Source: Hyphochytrium catenoides (taxonomy: Eukaryota; Protista; Hyphochytriomycota). From it: a stretch of DNA of 63,454 nucleotides. The notes beneath the pieces are model-generated. The model ran no database searches, had not been told where the DNA came from, and was given only the letters and a program-made list of their open reading frames with translations. Positions within the stretch are counted from its first letter, which is position 1, and every line of letters begins with the position of its first letter. The position numbers and the translations under genes are program-made. Positions 25,690-39,629 of the stretch are shown piece after piece. The DNA lies in NCBI GenBank assembly GCA_900088475.1, contig FLMG01000373.1, positions 1 to 63,454 of the forward strand, written 5' to 3'.

Positions 25690-27074
25690 GCTTACCTCCC
25701 TTGTACGGCGCAGCAGCTCAGACGTTTAATTTTCGCCTTGAGAATACGTTCCACATTCACAAAATGAACAGGGAAAACTCTGCGTCTACTCCCAGGGGCG
25801 TAGTAAACCTGCTGGTGCATGGGAAGGCCCCTCCTCCTGTAAGCTGCGTGAAGTGAGAGGGCAAGCACTTAATGACCTTGTTCTCTTCACCAGAGTTCAA
25901 ACACCGTTACCTTCCAAGGACCAATCTCATCAGTACAACAAACAAGTGGCTCGTTAAGCAGAGAAAGGAGTGGGAGCCCCCGATAGTAAACCGCAGTCCT
26001 TTCTTATCAGTGACCATGTGAGTAAGGGCAAGGAAAGGACCATGGAACTATCACATCAACACCCAGCGGGAAAGAAGAAAGGGAGAAGAAGACGCAGCAG
26101 AGGTGAGTCCATGGTCGCAATTTGAGACAACAATCTTCTGAAGAAGGTAGACTCTTAAGAGGCTCCGAGCATGCGCTTCACCCCTTGTATGCCACCAGCA
26201 GCACAGCCAGGGCCGGCCTATAAATAATAAGACGGAAAGCCGTTCTTTCTTTGTCTGCTAATGCGACGGTTGGTGGCTGGCCGAAGTAGGTGGGAGGAAA
26301 GGAGGAAAACAGGGAAGGAAGGGCGATTGGCCTGTTACGAGCCCGAAGTGCACTGGGTTGTTTGATTGATGATGTGTTGCTGTAACGGACATGTGAAGAG
26401 GCCGTTAACGGCTTTATTGGACCACTTTGGTCGTTACAAGTCCACGCCCCTCTCTCAGTTGCCCCTTGCCCCACCTTCTATGCGGACCATCGTTACTTTC
26501 GGTCAGACCATGCGGGATCTGCGATAATGAATGACAAGCTGTATCTGATTCTGACCTTTTAGTCCATAATATTTCTAATAACGCTGGGTTACGCAAACTT
26601 TTTGGTCGCATGATTATCTTTGGACAAGCGATCTTTTGTACCAGAGACCGCTCCGTATCTTTCCCATCACCGTGACCACCACCACCATCGTATCACTCAC
26701 ACTCTCAGAAGAAAGGCCATCATCCTCTATCCTCAACCTGATGTCCACACCTTTTATTAGAAGCAGGGCAACAGCCACAGACCCACATCTCTCGTCTTCG
26801 TCGTCATGATGGGTCAGCGTGCATGGTAAGGACAGCCAAGGGTGGTGGTAGTCTCAAAGACTTCCAGGAGCAAGTAGGAGGAGGAGAGTTTAGTCTGCAG
26901 GCCCTCTTTCACCACTTGCACCGGCTGTCTTCTATGAATAAAGAAGTTAGTGATTTTATACAAACAATAAAGGAATCGATAGCATGATGAGGAGGTGCAC
27001 GACGAAAGCTCTCGACCACTTCAGAAGTAGCGCAGGAAACACCAGAAAGCATCCGTGACTCATCGCTAGGTAGA

Positions 27075-29298
27075 ATGGCTTCCTCGATAGTGGAGCAGCT
27101 CCAGCTGGAGAGCGATAGCTTCTCGGCTGTCAAGCTTCTCTCTTCTCTTCTTCTCGTGGGAACAGTTGCATCTCTTTGGCACCACCTGCAGGGAGGTTCC
27201 CTTCCCCTCGAAAGCGATGCTGCTATTCGCATCAAAGCCAGAGCACGCTCTGTGGCGCCTACCGTACCTTCTTGGCTACCTTTCCTTGGCTCTGCTCCAG
27301 ACTTTCGGCGTGACCCTGCGGCCTTTTTGAAGGCTTGTCGTGGGCGCTTTGGCTCCACTTTCCGCTTGAACCTTGGCGGCCGTTCTTTTACATTTCTTAC
27401 GGACCCACGAGACTTTCAGGGGCTTATCCGATCCCCCGACTTTTCTCTTGATCCGATCAACGCAGAGCTGAACCGCAGTGCTGTTGGCGTGGACGCAGAT
27501 GTTGTCAAACATATCGGGGCAGGGTCCGAAATAGATGCAACCATACACTCTCAATACATTAAGTACCTGGCGTCAGGAGAGGGGCTCAAAGAGCTTTCTG
27601 ACAGGACGGTGAAGCAAGTCCAGAAGATATTGAGGCGAGACTTTTCTTCTCAATCTGGCTCCCCATCACCACCTCCTGTTCATTCAGTGCAGCTCTATGA
27701 CTGGGTTAAGCGTGTGATGTTTGAAGCTGGCATCGTCTCTTTGTACGGGGAGGAGTTCTACGAGTCTGAGAGGGTGCTGGAGGAGTTCAAGCTCTACGAC
27801 AAGGCTTTCCCAGCTCTGGCCTCGAACATTCCGGGCTCTAACTGGCTCTTCAGAAGAGGAATCAGAGAAGGACGGGACAAGCTAGTGAGTCTTCTTTCCA
27901 TGTGTTTATATTACCTTAGTTTTCTAGCCACATTACTGTGCTCCAGCTACGCTTTCTTAAGATCTGGCTCCTTGCAACTCGCAGGATAGTACCTTCTGCC
28001 GCCCCTTCTGTAATACTGACTCTACCACTCTTGCATCTGTGTGCCGCCTGCATCCCTTACTCAGACGAGCCGATTAAGAGAAGCAGCGGGAGAGGGAAGC
28101 GCCTTAGCCTCAACCTTTATAAAGGCCAGGGATGAGCTATTTGCCTCAAAGAGGCAGGTGCTAACGGCGGCTACCGGGAGGGACAACGGACCTGCTGTGC
28201 AGCTCGGAGTTCTCTGGGCTTCGCAAGCGAACGCTATTCCAGCCACGTTCTGGACCCTGTTTTTCCTTCTAGCTGACGATAAAGGAGCGTGGGAGGAGGT
28301 TGAAGCGGAAGTAAAAGAACATCTGGCTCGTAGAGATACTGAGGAGAAGACGACAAAGGACTCAACGGTGTGGGAAGAAGATGGAGGACGACAGAAGATG
28401 GGTGATGATACGGTTAAGGCTGCAACTGAGCCTGATGATGGGGGTTTTTACGACTGGTCGACAGAACAGCTAGCACGGTGTGTGAAGTTGGAGTCCGCCA
28501 TCAATGAGACACTGCGTCTCACTAACGGTGCCATGGTAATGAGAGAGGCTATGCGAGACACCTTTCTCCATCTACCAAGTTACGCAGACGAGGATGACGT
28601 CGGAGAAGGAGACAGAGGGATTCATGTCAAGAAAGGCGAGCACGTGGCGCTCCTGGTCACTCTCAATCACATGGACGAGAAGCTATTTCCTGAGCCTGAG
28701 ACCTTCAAGTAAGACTTGTAGCTCTGGGTCGATGTAGAGCCTGATGCCGCCCGCCCGTCTCATCAGTCAGTCATATCATTAGCACTTTCTCAATATTTGC
28801 CGCACTTGACACGCCTGTTGTCCTCATACGAGCAGAGCATGAGGACCTAGTTGCTGACCGTTCTCCTTTTCCTTCTTTATCCCAACCACAGTTCTCTCAC
28901 CACTTTTGGAGTTCCTTCTACTTTCTAATGCGTCGCCCTCCCTCATTTTTATTAGATTTGACCGCTTCTTGCAAGAGAAGCAGCGACCCCATGAAGCATT
29001 GAAGCTGTCCTTTTTGCCGTTTGGAGCGGGTCGCTCACTGTGTCCAGGAAGGCACTGGGCGAAGAATGAAATTAAGGCTTTCATTGCCGCCTTGATGCTC
29101 TCGCTTCAGCAGAAGCCGCAGCTGCGGTCCTCAGAGACAGTAGAACAACTAAATGATACCACCAGTAACCCGATGTCAGCCGAAAACCTTCACCTCAGAG
29201 GGCGGCACTGCTGGCCTGCCTTCGACGTGGAGAGAGTGGGCTTCGGCATCTTCCCACCCAAGACGGATGTCGAAGTCCGTCTTCAGTTCTCCGCATAA
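27075..29298 (+). CDS. Cytochrome P450, CYP7-clan-like (CYP-A), ~598 aa (exons 27075-27884, 28065-28708, 28956-29298)
   Basis: N-terminal membrane anchor, PSWLPFLGSA proline region, I-helix VLWASQANAIPATFW, K-helix ETLR, PEPETFK|FDRF, heme motif PFGAGRSLCPGR. Introns (phase 0 and phase 2) give a 1797-nt frame. Confidence 0.93.
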
Positions 29299-30090
29299 TA
29301 AAGTCTTTTTACTAGACCGTAGGACGACGACCACTTGTCGCTCCACCAGGCCAGCCGGTCAACTTATGGTGAATGCCTTATTAGAGGCAATTTTGCTAGC
29401 AATCTCAAAAAGAAACGGAAGAAAGGACTTGCGTCGATTGCAACCCTTTATTGTCCTCCACGTTCTCCAGGTAGGCGGAGCTGGTGGAGCCTCTGGAGCG
29501 GTGACGACAGTGCAAAGGTTATCTTGATTATTGACGTCGACGCGTGCCTCTGCAACCGCAGGCTCAGCAAACCTTCTTCTTGCATTTGCTCTTCTAGAGT
29601 ATATCTCTAACTTCTTTTGGGGCGAAGCAACGATCGAGCTGTACTTTCTATCAGAGAGATTGGTTGCCGGCAGCTTCTTGACCGTCGGCTCCATCATTCG
29701 TGGTGTCCACGCGACGGAGCCTCAGCCTCTGCCTGCAGAGACATGAGGAGAGTTCATTGCAAAGAAGAGCTTCTCTCGTTTGCAGCAGCTTTTTTTGAAC
29801 TCTTGATGTCGGCAGCCTGCGTTCCGATCCTTGATAAATGACTCAAATAAATCTGGATACCCAAATCAGTGCCTCACTCATCCTGAATATCTGGCTCGTC
29901 GCCACTCATGAGAGGGGGGACCAGCCAGGAAAGGATTTTTTTACTTTTGCTGTGAATCTTTCTTTCTGAGCAGCAGCGGCGCTTGGTTGCCTGCAGGTGG
30001 TGGCGCGGCTTTTGGACATCATCATCTCAAGCCACTTGTGTCCTACTCTTTTGAAGGGCTACGGTCTAGTCGACAGAGTCTCCAGCCACA

Positions 30091-30141
30091 GTGGAGAGTA
30101 GAACCATCTGTCGACTGGAGAGTAGAACCATCTGTCGACTG
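30091..30141 (+). repeat. 24-bp tandem duplication
   Basis: tggagagtagaaccatctgtcgac occurs twice in tandem. Confidence 0.85.
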
Positions 30142-30619
30142 CGATGCAAGTGAAGAGGAAGAGCAAACCCTTGCCTCCCGGCTAGGGTGTCGTCGTCGAC
30201 AATAAAGAACTACGGGCAGGATGAGGGAGAGAAGGAGCAACAGCCAGCTGCAGCGCTTCTCTTTCTTCTTGCTTCTGTGAAGAGTCATAGCCACATCAAT
30301 CTCAACAGGTAGAAAGAATTGCCACTCTTCCGGAAGAACTATATCAGGATCTACTACTCTACCAAGGGTAGAAGAGACCTCCTGGACGACGAGCAAACGA
30401 CTGATGGTGAGAGAGCGATCATCAGAAGAAGGTTAAGAGAAGAGAGAGACCGAGCTTGTCATCGACTGATAGTGCCAGCCTCCGCAGCCCATGTCGATAA
30501 TTCAAGAAGCAGCAAGATAAAGAGCCCCCAACGCATTATTTGTTTAGCCTTTACTAGCTGAACACCTTAGCGCTCCCACGACTACAAGGTTGCTTCGCTT
30601 CTTACTCTCCTGGGCCACT

Positions 30620-32879
30620 ATGGATCCAAGGGACTTTTTAGAACAGGAAGAGGCGAGTCAGGGAGGTTATCATCCGCTAACGAGGGCGCTACTGCTACCA
30701 GCTCTTCTATTGAGCACGGCAGCCTTCACTTTCGTGCTCTGGCACCTTCTCTCCAGCTTCTCTCCTCTGCAAAGTGATGCCGCTATTGTGCGGAGGGCAA
30801 GAGCTAAAAGTGTTGCTCCAGCAGTGCCCTCGTGGATCCCCTTCTTAGGTTCTGCGCTGGACTTCCGACGGGATCCCGCAGCATTTTTGATAGGCTGCCG
30901 TAAGCGTTTTGGCTCGGCCTTCAGGCTAAATCTTGGCGGCCGCTCGTTGACCTTCGTGACGGACCCACGAGACTTCCATGCGCTGATTCGGTCCCAGGAT
31001 TTCTCCTTTGACCCTGTGGCCTCAGAGTTCACCCGCACTGCACTTGGCGTTGATGCTGAGGTTGCTCACGGGGTTGGGCCAGGATCTGGTGTGGACAACG
31101 TCATCCACTCACAGTACGTCAAGTACTTGGCATCAGGAGAGGGTCTAAAGGAGCTGTCAGACCGGAGCGTCAAGATGGTCCAAAAGATCATTAAGCGGGA
31201 TTTCTCTTCTGGTTCACCTACGAGTCAATCTTCTAGTAGTGGCAGTGCTCCTACCTCTACATCTTCTGGTCCTCCTGCTGTTCACGCTGTGCAGCTCTAC
31301 GACTGGGTAAAGAGGGTGATGTTTGAAGCTGGCATTGTCTCGCTGTATGGCCAAGACTTCTATGACTCTGACTCTGAACAGCTACTGAAAGAGTTCAACG
31401 CTTATGACAGTGTGTTTCCTTCTCTTGCTTCCAATATTCCGGGTGCCGAGTGGCTCTTTAGGGAGGGAATCAAAGAAGGAAGAGATAAGCTGGTAAGTCC
31501 TTTATCTCTCGCTGGTGTCTCCCTTTGGTTTCTCTTTCTATGATCAATCAGATAGGTTCCCTACTAGTTCTGCTTCTTTTCTCTTATTCTTCCCTAAGGA
31601 AATTTTTTTATATAGGACACCGCTTAGCTAAGCTTCGGCTCTGCTCCTTTTTGTTTTTGCAATAGGAGCACCGACTGAGGCAAGCTGCTGCCAGTGAAGG
31701 AGGAAGTCCGTCCTCATTTATCCAGGCACGGAATGATCTGTTCGCGGCTAAGAAGGCTGTCCTTCGAGGCGCGTCAGGGAGGGACAATGGACCAGCTATC
31801 CAGCTAGGGGTCCTCTGGGCGTCACAAGCCAACACTATCCCTGCCACTTTCTGGACTCTATTTTTCCTTCTCGCAGATGAGAAGGGTGCATACGAGGAGA
31901 TTCTGGCAGAGGTGCAAGAACATCTGGGTCGTCGTGCGGTATCAAAGATTCAACATGACAAGAATGAGGAGGTTGGGCCTCAGTCAGAGGCGGCTGCTAC
32001 AACTCATCCTCAGAATGCCAGGAAGGGACTGGCGACGGCTGAAGAGGCGAACGAGGAGTATTATGACTGGAGTACAGAACAGCTCGCGCGCTGCGTAAAG
32101 CTTGATTCTGCTATCAGCGAGACTATTCGCCTAACTAGTGGCTCCTTCATGATGAGGGAGGCCGTACGGGATACCTTCCTCAGGCTTCCAAGCTACGCTG
32201 CTGATGATGAAAAAAGTGGCACGGGATCGGAACTGAAGGGCATCAATGTGAAGAAAGGAGAGCGTGTTCTGCTCCTTGTCAGCCTCACTCACATGGATGA
32301 GAAGCTCTTTCCTGAGCCTAACGCCTTCAAGTAAGTATTGCACACGGCATAAAGTCTCGTTGAGGTTTTTCCTCCTCTCCTTTTGCTTTTTTTCCGCCAA
32401 GAATTTACTGCTAAGCCTCTCCAAGGGCCTCATCTCCTTTACGCTACACCGTTGATATGCTCCGGTTGTGCTTGTAGATATCGCTCAGTTTATGCCATCT
32501 TTCAGGAGCTAGCACTGCCACGCGCTTACCTGTTTTCCTCTTGTTGCGCAGATTTGACCGCTTCATCCAAGAGAAGCCGCTGCCACATGAGGCAGTGAAG
32601 ATGTCATACCTGCCCTTTGGAGCAGGCCGTTCTTTGTGTCCTGGGCGGCATTGGGCGAGATATGAGATCAAAGCTCTCTTGGCGGCTTTGATCCTCTCCC
32701 TCTCACAAAAGCCTCAGCTTCGTCTGCCACCCAGTGCGGGAGGACAACATGACGCCAGCCATGAAGGGAAGAAGCAAACAGCAAGTTCGTGTCAACTCCA
32801 ATTTCAAACAGACAGAATGGGGTTTGGCATTCTGCCACCCCGGACGGATGTGGAGGTACTGTTGCAATTTTCAGCCTGA
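30620..32879 (+). CDS. Cytochrome P450, CYP7-clan-like (CYP-B), ~621 aa (exons 30620-31492, 31666-32330, 32552-32879)
   Basis: Tandem paralogue of CYP-A with identical intron positions. I-helix VLWASQANTIPATFW, ETIR, PEPNAFK|FDRF, PFGAGRSLCPGR; 1866-nt frame. Confidence 0.93.
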
Positions 32880-35711
32880 AAGAGAGATTGGGACTACCAT
32901 CATGCTGATGAGGGTGTTCGGAGGCGTAAGCAATGCGGACGGAAGCCATCCAGTTATCTTCTAAAGCGACTGAGGTGATGGGCACCGCGCTGCTAGAAGC
33001 GATGATTAAGGTAGCGGAACTGCTTTAAGATTGTAAGGAGAAGAAACAGGAGCGAACGGTCTCAGATGGGAGAAGATTACCTTGTTGCTTGCCTGTTAGT
33101 TGACACTTGCAACCACAAAGAGGAGGTGATAGAATAGACCAAAGATCCGTTCAAGCGTCGCCGTAAGAAGAGCTTCTGCTGAGTAAGTACTTCAGCCAGA
33201 GAGACTTTGGAGACGATATGCAGGCAGAGGACTACCTTGAGGAGCTATGGTGTCGAAATTCAATGAAGGTCAAGAGGTGAATGAAGAGGTGATATTAAGT
33301 CTCTCTTAGCAGCTTCACTCCTATGAAGAAAGCACTTTGACCCTTATGCTTGCGCCGTTGTCTTGGAGGTTTCCGGACCGAGGTCCATCCAGATGCAACT
33401 TCCTCATACCGCTGGCGGTGGTGGTAGAAGTGAGCATATTGATATTAAGGTGCTCCCCTGTCTGCTGGCTGCTTCTTGTTCCTTCATGATATTTAAGACA
33501 GAGTCACCCCTCTACCTCCTACTACTAGGTGTAGGGACTACTACGGTCATCATCGCCCTTGGCATCCCGGGTCTGCTGCCTGCTACTCCTGCTGCTACCT
33601 CTTATAATGTCGCCTCCGGGGTCACCGGGGCGAGCAGCGGCGGTAGGAGAAGAAGAGTATATAAGTGATGGCACACCTGGCGAAGGACAGTATCATTATT
33701 AAAGATAGCCGCAGGAAGGAAGACAGACGGAAAGCGGGAACGGTGGGGTCTCAGAGGGCGAGGATGGGAGGAGGAACGATGCACAAGGCTTGTGTCATCC
33801 TCTCAGCTTAAGACTCATCACATGCCCTTTCTTCCTCCTCCTTCCTCTTCCTTCTCTGTCTTCTTTCTTTACTCTCAGTGCTTTCACGCTTATCTTCTCT
33901 CTATCTCTAATGTGCCAACCTTTGATTCTGACCCATCCCTCTCTGCCCTGAGCCCTCAGCTCCATGGGTCTCCGAAGATGTTCTGATGGGTTCCTTTCCA
34001 CTGCTCAAAACATAAAGACAGCGGCAACAGCGGATAGTGGAGACACAGCTGCCTAGACCTCTGCACTGCTGCAGAACAGTCAATCGCCCGTCCGCTCGCC
34101 CATAGCCGGGTTGGACCCCTGCTAGAAATAGACAATCAATACTTATGATTTTATCCCGTTAGAAGCGACAATACCGTCTGCCAAAGTGGGAAGGATCATG
34201 CACTCTACCGCTATTCCTTCGCGAGCTAGTGAGTTAGGACACGACTATTATAGGGCAAGTGCTCCCTTCCACGTGATCCAGCAGGCGGGAAGGAAAACTC
34301 ACAGGCTAGTAGTGTCAAGCTTCACCTTGATCTCCAGCTAGCCAGAGGCTTGTACATCTTGTTGGTTGGTGCTCTTGTCACCATTCGGATGAGCAGAAGA
34401 ATGCCTCAGTCAGGAACTGAGATGAATTATGATCTTCAGGCGATTATTATAGCCAAACACTAGCGCCTGTCTCTTCATGGCATTCTCCCTTCGGTCTGGG
34501 CTTTATCCGGATGGCGCGCTCTCTTAGTTCAGCCTTGGCCATTTGTGTCAAGCGCCTTGCGCGTCTTCGTTTCTATGCATTTCTTCAAGCCACTCTTCTC
34601 TTCCCACTCCTCTATTTCCTATCTCCCTTTCTTCTCCTCTTCTTTTTTTTTATTCTATCGTTTCCACTTCTTCTTTGCTTTTGCTTCTTCTTCATGACGC
34701 ACACTCTCTCTCCTCCTTTATTCTTTCTCTCGCACCTTCTTTTCTCCTGTCACTATCATATTCTCTGTTCCCTGCTTCTAGACTGGCATACATTCTCTAC
34801 TTCTATCCTTATAAGTGATGGAGCACACTGCCATCATAATCTACTGGGGTTCCGATCCGCTGCCGGCTCGTGGCCGTTGACTCTATTATTGTCGTCGTGG
34901 CGCTGCTTCACTGTCCTCTCTTGCAGCTACTAAGATGCTCTTAGGAGCGAACCTTGTGCTCCTTCCCTCTGAAGACATGCTGGTGTCTTATTCCTTCTCC
35001 CTTAGTCTCCACGTGGACGCGCTTCTGCTATTGACTTTGATGCTCCAAATCTGACTGAAAAGTCTGTTGTGTCCATCGCCAGGCAGCTGCACCAGCTCGT
35101 AGTGTTGGCTCTCTCCTTCAGATAGACGACAAATTCGCCAGTTTGGCGCCTCCTTCTTCTCTCGTCGGTTTCCCCGCTGCTGCTTCTCTCTCTTCACCAA
35201 GCAAGAAGGAAGATAAGACCCAAACTGCAGGGAAGAAGAGGGCTGCTGCTCAAGACAGACCACACTTGAGAAAAGATTGGAGTTAGAAGAGAATGGTGCC
35301 CAGCCCGCTAAGCGCACGGACCGTCCTTCTCAGTAGCCTCCCTTTCCTTCTCAGTAGCACTTGATTCTTGGTCATTCTCTTTCTTAGTCTCCTCCTCCCT
35401 CGACGCTGCCCCCACGCAGGGTTCCTGCTTCTTCTTCTGTATAATGAGTATATACCTTTCTCTAAAACCGCTGCCCTTTCATCACCAGGGAACATCTGCA
35501 TGAGCAGGATAAGAGCATGGGACCTCTCCCCTTGTGGCAGTATTCTGCCTCTTATTATGCAGAGGAAAGCTTGGGGCAGCAGCGAACGTCATTCCGTTCT
35601 CAGTAGCTTGTCGCTTGCTTTTTCTTTCTTCTTTTTCACCTCTTTGCTAGTGCCAAGCCCAATATTCTCTTTCTCTCTCTCCCTCTTTCCTCCCACCCTA
35701 AGACTAAGCGG

Positions 35712-38664
35712 TCAACTTGCCTCGCCTCCGTCCTTCTTCTTTGCCGCTTTGCGGTTTTCTAGTTCAGCCATGAGCTCCTCTGCCGTTAGGTTGATAACCT
35801 GGCACTCTATGCGTGAGAGGCCGGCGACAAGCATGTCCGGGTTGTAAGCAATGCTAAACAGGCTCCGGACAGAGTAGACAAAGATGGTAAACAGCCCGTC
35901 TAGAGCGATAGAGAGAGGTGACCTAGAAAAGATAGATTTAGCTGCTTCCCCTAATCGTAGATCGTTGTTGACGTCCTCCAACGGGCGGAAGACGAGATAA
36001 ATGGCACAGCAGACTTCGCCAATGAGTAGGACTGAGAAATGAGGGATAAGCCATCTGCGGCGCTTCTGAGGAGGCATCATGATCGCGTCCTGCATGATGA
36101 GAGAACTGACGACAGTCACACAGGTAGAGCCAACTACGAGCGTCCTGGTGGTGCACAGCAGGCCATGGGCAGAGAGCAAGCGGTGGAGTGGGCAGGAAAG
36201 AAGGAGAGAGTTAGAGGCAGGCGTTGAGTTGAGAAAGAGAGAGAGCAGGAAAGAGAGACCGATGACAATGCGAAAAGAGAGAAAAGAAGAGAGAGAGAGA
36301 CAGCGAGAGAGAGCGAGAGAGAGCATAAGAGACGGCGGTTAGAGAGTAGGAGGACGAGAATACCCTCGACCTCATAAAGTATAGCAAGAGAGGATGATTC
36401 AACGCAAAGAGAAGAAAGATGGAGTGAGAGCTTGTTTTACCTTTCGTCCCAGCGGAAGAGCAGGCAGGAGAAGACAAAGAACTGCAGGACGGAGAAGAAA
36501 ATAAGGGCAAAGTCGAAGGACCGCAGCAGTTTCTTGACGAGCATCGGGTGACAGCGACATAACAGCAGCGTGTTTGTCAAGCAGGTGAAGGCACAGAGCA
36601 CAACTTCGGCGGAGGGAGAGACGCCGAGCTCTATCATTAGCATCTGCAGCAGGGTCCCGGTCAGTGGTGCCAGAGAGAGAAGAGGCTCTTTCCCTACAAG
36701 CACATTGTGAAATTTCTTCTCCTCCTTCTCCTCTTCTTCTCGCCTTTGCTCATGAGCCGCATCTGCTAAGCGAAAAGGCCGTGATGGCAGGATTCTCAGC
36801 TTCCTTACGCCGTCTCTCTTGTCCTCTCCGCTGAGAAAGGCTTGGAACTTCTTGAGCCCAGACTGAAGGCAATCCTCGTGTGAATCGATGAGGATGGGCT
36901 TCTGCACAGCTCGTAGCTTGTATATTCGCACTGTTTTTTGGCTACTAATAGAGACCTTTCGGTTAGCCAGTAGAATTTACTAGGCATATTGAACAGCTAA
37001 GAAGACACTGCCTCTTCGTCTGCTCTCTGCTCCCTCTCCTCTCTCTGCTATCTTCTCTCACTTCTTCTTGTCTGTCCCTCTGTCTCCTAACCTCTCTCTT
37101 GCTCTCTCTCTCTCTTTCAGTGCTGGTGGATAACCTGATGTTAGTACCTGGAACCGTCTTGAGGTTTCCTTGGCTGAATATTACTAGTGAAGTGGTCGCC
37201 CTCCCTGGCCTGGCAAAGTTCAAGCGCTCTCTGCTGCCCATCTTTCCTCCTGTCAGCGGCGGCTGATGGCACATCCTCTGCCCTCTTCGGGCCCGTTGTT
37301 TCTTCGGCAACCACAATCCTCTGGCTAGCCTCTCCTCTCACCGGCGATGAAGTGGTAATTGTTGCTGTCTCCTTGCCCGTCACACTTTCTGTACCATCTA
37401 TTGCACTGAGGAGTGAGGAGGCTGTGGGTGGCAAGAAAGAGACAGACTCTATAACTAGCGGGCATCTGATGTTTAGAAAGTCACTGGTCCCCTTCAGGCT
37501 CTTGGACTGCCTCGTCTTGGCCAGAAGCTTATTCAGCTGCTGCAGACAGAGAAGCACGACAACCACCAAGGAATCTGCAGCGATAAGCCAGGGCCGGACC
37601 GGGACCTGAGAGACGATAATTTCCATCGCTTCTATGCCCTCGTAAGGCTGGAAATAGAATATCCACGTGATTCTGAGGAGACGCAAGGACGAAGTGAGAG
37701 GAAGCCAGTCATCATCATCATTGCGGACGCCCAAGATGAGTACAATTGTGGCCCAAGAAGACTCTGGAGCGTGGGGAGGGAGGTAAAGGACAGTAAGAAG
37801 AGGAGCTACTAGGAGAAGGGAACAGGAACTGATAAGTGCCCCGCCGGATTCAAAAGGTAGGAGAAGGTGATTAGAAATCGTCTCCAAAGAGGAGGAGAGG
37901 TCAGGTCTATAATGCGAGGATGGTTAGAAGGGGACTGACCGGGAAAGCATTGCCACGCAGAGGGAGATACCGACGATCGTAAAGCGGGTCGTGGTCTTTG
38001 ACAGGCCTACGGCTACGGTGTCAACGATCATTGGGACCAGGACAATCAACTGCAAGGCCAGAACAGATGCAGAAGCTCTGGACAGCTGTCCAGTGACAGA
38101 GAAGTGGAACGCACAGACACCAAGCGCAGGCAGCGTCTGTAAGATATAGAAGCCCAGCTCAAACTGACGACACAGCAGTTTTAGCAGTTCTGCATGGATT
38201 TCTGGGATCAGCGTGGAGGCGTAGACGACGGACACGACGGTCACGGCGTATCCAACCGACGAAGAGGTCTCATCCCCGTGCTTGCTTCTAACTTCTAAGA
38301 GATAGAGGAACCCGATGGCCATGGTAACCATAGTCACGCCGCAGCAGAGGATGACATAAAGAACGTTACGGCGAAGATGGTAGTAGAATTCTTGCATCGC
38401 GGAGGGAAACAAAACGCGAGACAGAGTGATTCTGGAATCCATAAGTTCTGGGATGTAGTCAGGCTGAGGCTTGACGACCCAGTACCGGCCAGCTTCTAGG
38501 ACATCATGCGGAGGAACAGGAAAAGAAGCGGAAGGGCACGCTGTGCTAGCAGCAGAGCCGTGGAGGTTGAAAGCAGGAGGAGAAGACGCGGAAGAACGGG
38601 AAGCGCTGGCAGCTCCCGTTTGGTCTTCTGCTTCGACCATCGGCCCAACTCTTGGCATTTCCAT
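35712..38664 (-). CDS. T6: multi-TM family paralogue, ~728 aa (exons 38664-37940, 37672-37148, 36944/36941-36441, 36144-35712)
   Basis: Three phase-2 introns (NAGNAG ambiguity at acceptor 2). Motifs RYWVVKPQPDY, QFE, PWLIAADSLVV, RIYKLRAV, GKE, RCHP, SFDF, WDER, QD, RSPLSIALDGL. Near-identical inverted copy of T8. Confidence 0.9.
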
Positions 38665-39629
38665 GGTATCTTCTCAGAATCGGGAGTCAACATGAGAACG
38701 GGGTAGTCCGACCTCGTCAAGGGATAGAGAAACGCATATTCTTACGGCTGAATGCAGCAGAAGAAGAGGCAGGTGGAGTGGAAAGCGATGATGCTACCAG
38801 TCTCTAACAGTTGTTGTTCACAACTCCTAGCACTGCCAAGATGACGGGCTAATGACTCCGCCGCTTACTGGAGATCGATCCTCGGCCCTGCCAGGTGAAC
38901 ATTTGGGAAGAAATCTGGAGAACGCGTGAGCTGGGTGCATTGGTCTCGCGCTATAAGATTTTGCACGACAATGACTCATCGCCCATAATGGGACCTAAAG
39001 GATATAATCTTTTAAGCCGCAGCACCGTCAGCCAAGATGACTAATCTTATGCATGTATTGTGCGCACAGATGATGAGTCATGAAGTTGTTGTCTTGTGTA
39101 CGAGACGCGTGTTAGAAAGCGCCTAGGCAGCCCAGGCACTGCGTAATATCCCGACAGAAAGAAGACGATGGAAGAGGCAGGGCCGACCTAGACTTCTGGT
39201 CCTAGCTGCTGCAAATCTCTCCTCTCCTCGCCTCTCTTCTCTCTCTCCTTCCTTTCCCCCCATCTTTCTCTCTCCCTTGTCGCCCCCAGATCGCAGTCAT
39301 CCCAACATGGTCCTCTCTGTTAACCTCAGCCCGACCCTTCTTTAACCTGCGGCTGACTGCCCTACGTGGACAGTGGGCACATAAATGACACTCCTCTGAT
39401 AGAGAGAGAGAGAGCAGCAATGGAAGACAAGTGTCTTGGTACTCTCTCTCTCTCTCTTCGCTCATTGTTTGCTCGGCTTCTCTTTCCAATTCTTGACGAC
39501 AACTTTAGAGGCACCACCGCGGTAACGGACAGACACGACACTGAAACGGCTCACACTGACACAGCCCGACTAAAGCGAATAAATTTGGATCCTATAGGAT
39601 GATGCCCCCAGTGTAACTAATGAGATGAT

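Noticed and set aside
26909-27554. Antisense ORFs overlapping the P450 and TM exons (many in the track)
   Set aside because: Shadow frames of real coding exons, with no independent motifs.
29359-29697. 112-aa minus-strand ORF convergent with CYP-A
   Set aside because: No recognisable domain, paralogue or reliable splice structure.
34988-35501. Acidic/basic reading frames downstream of T6 as additional exons
   Set aside because: T6 ends at the same position as T8; these frames are short and unsupported.
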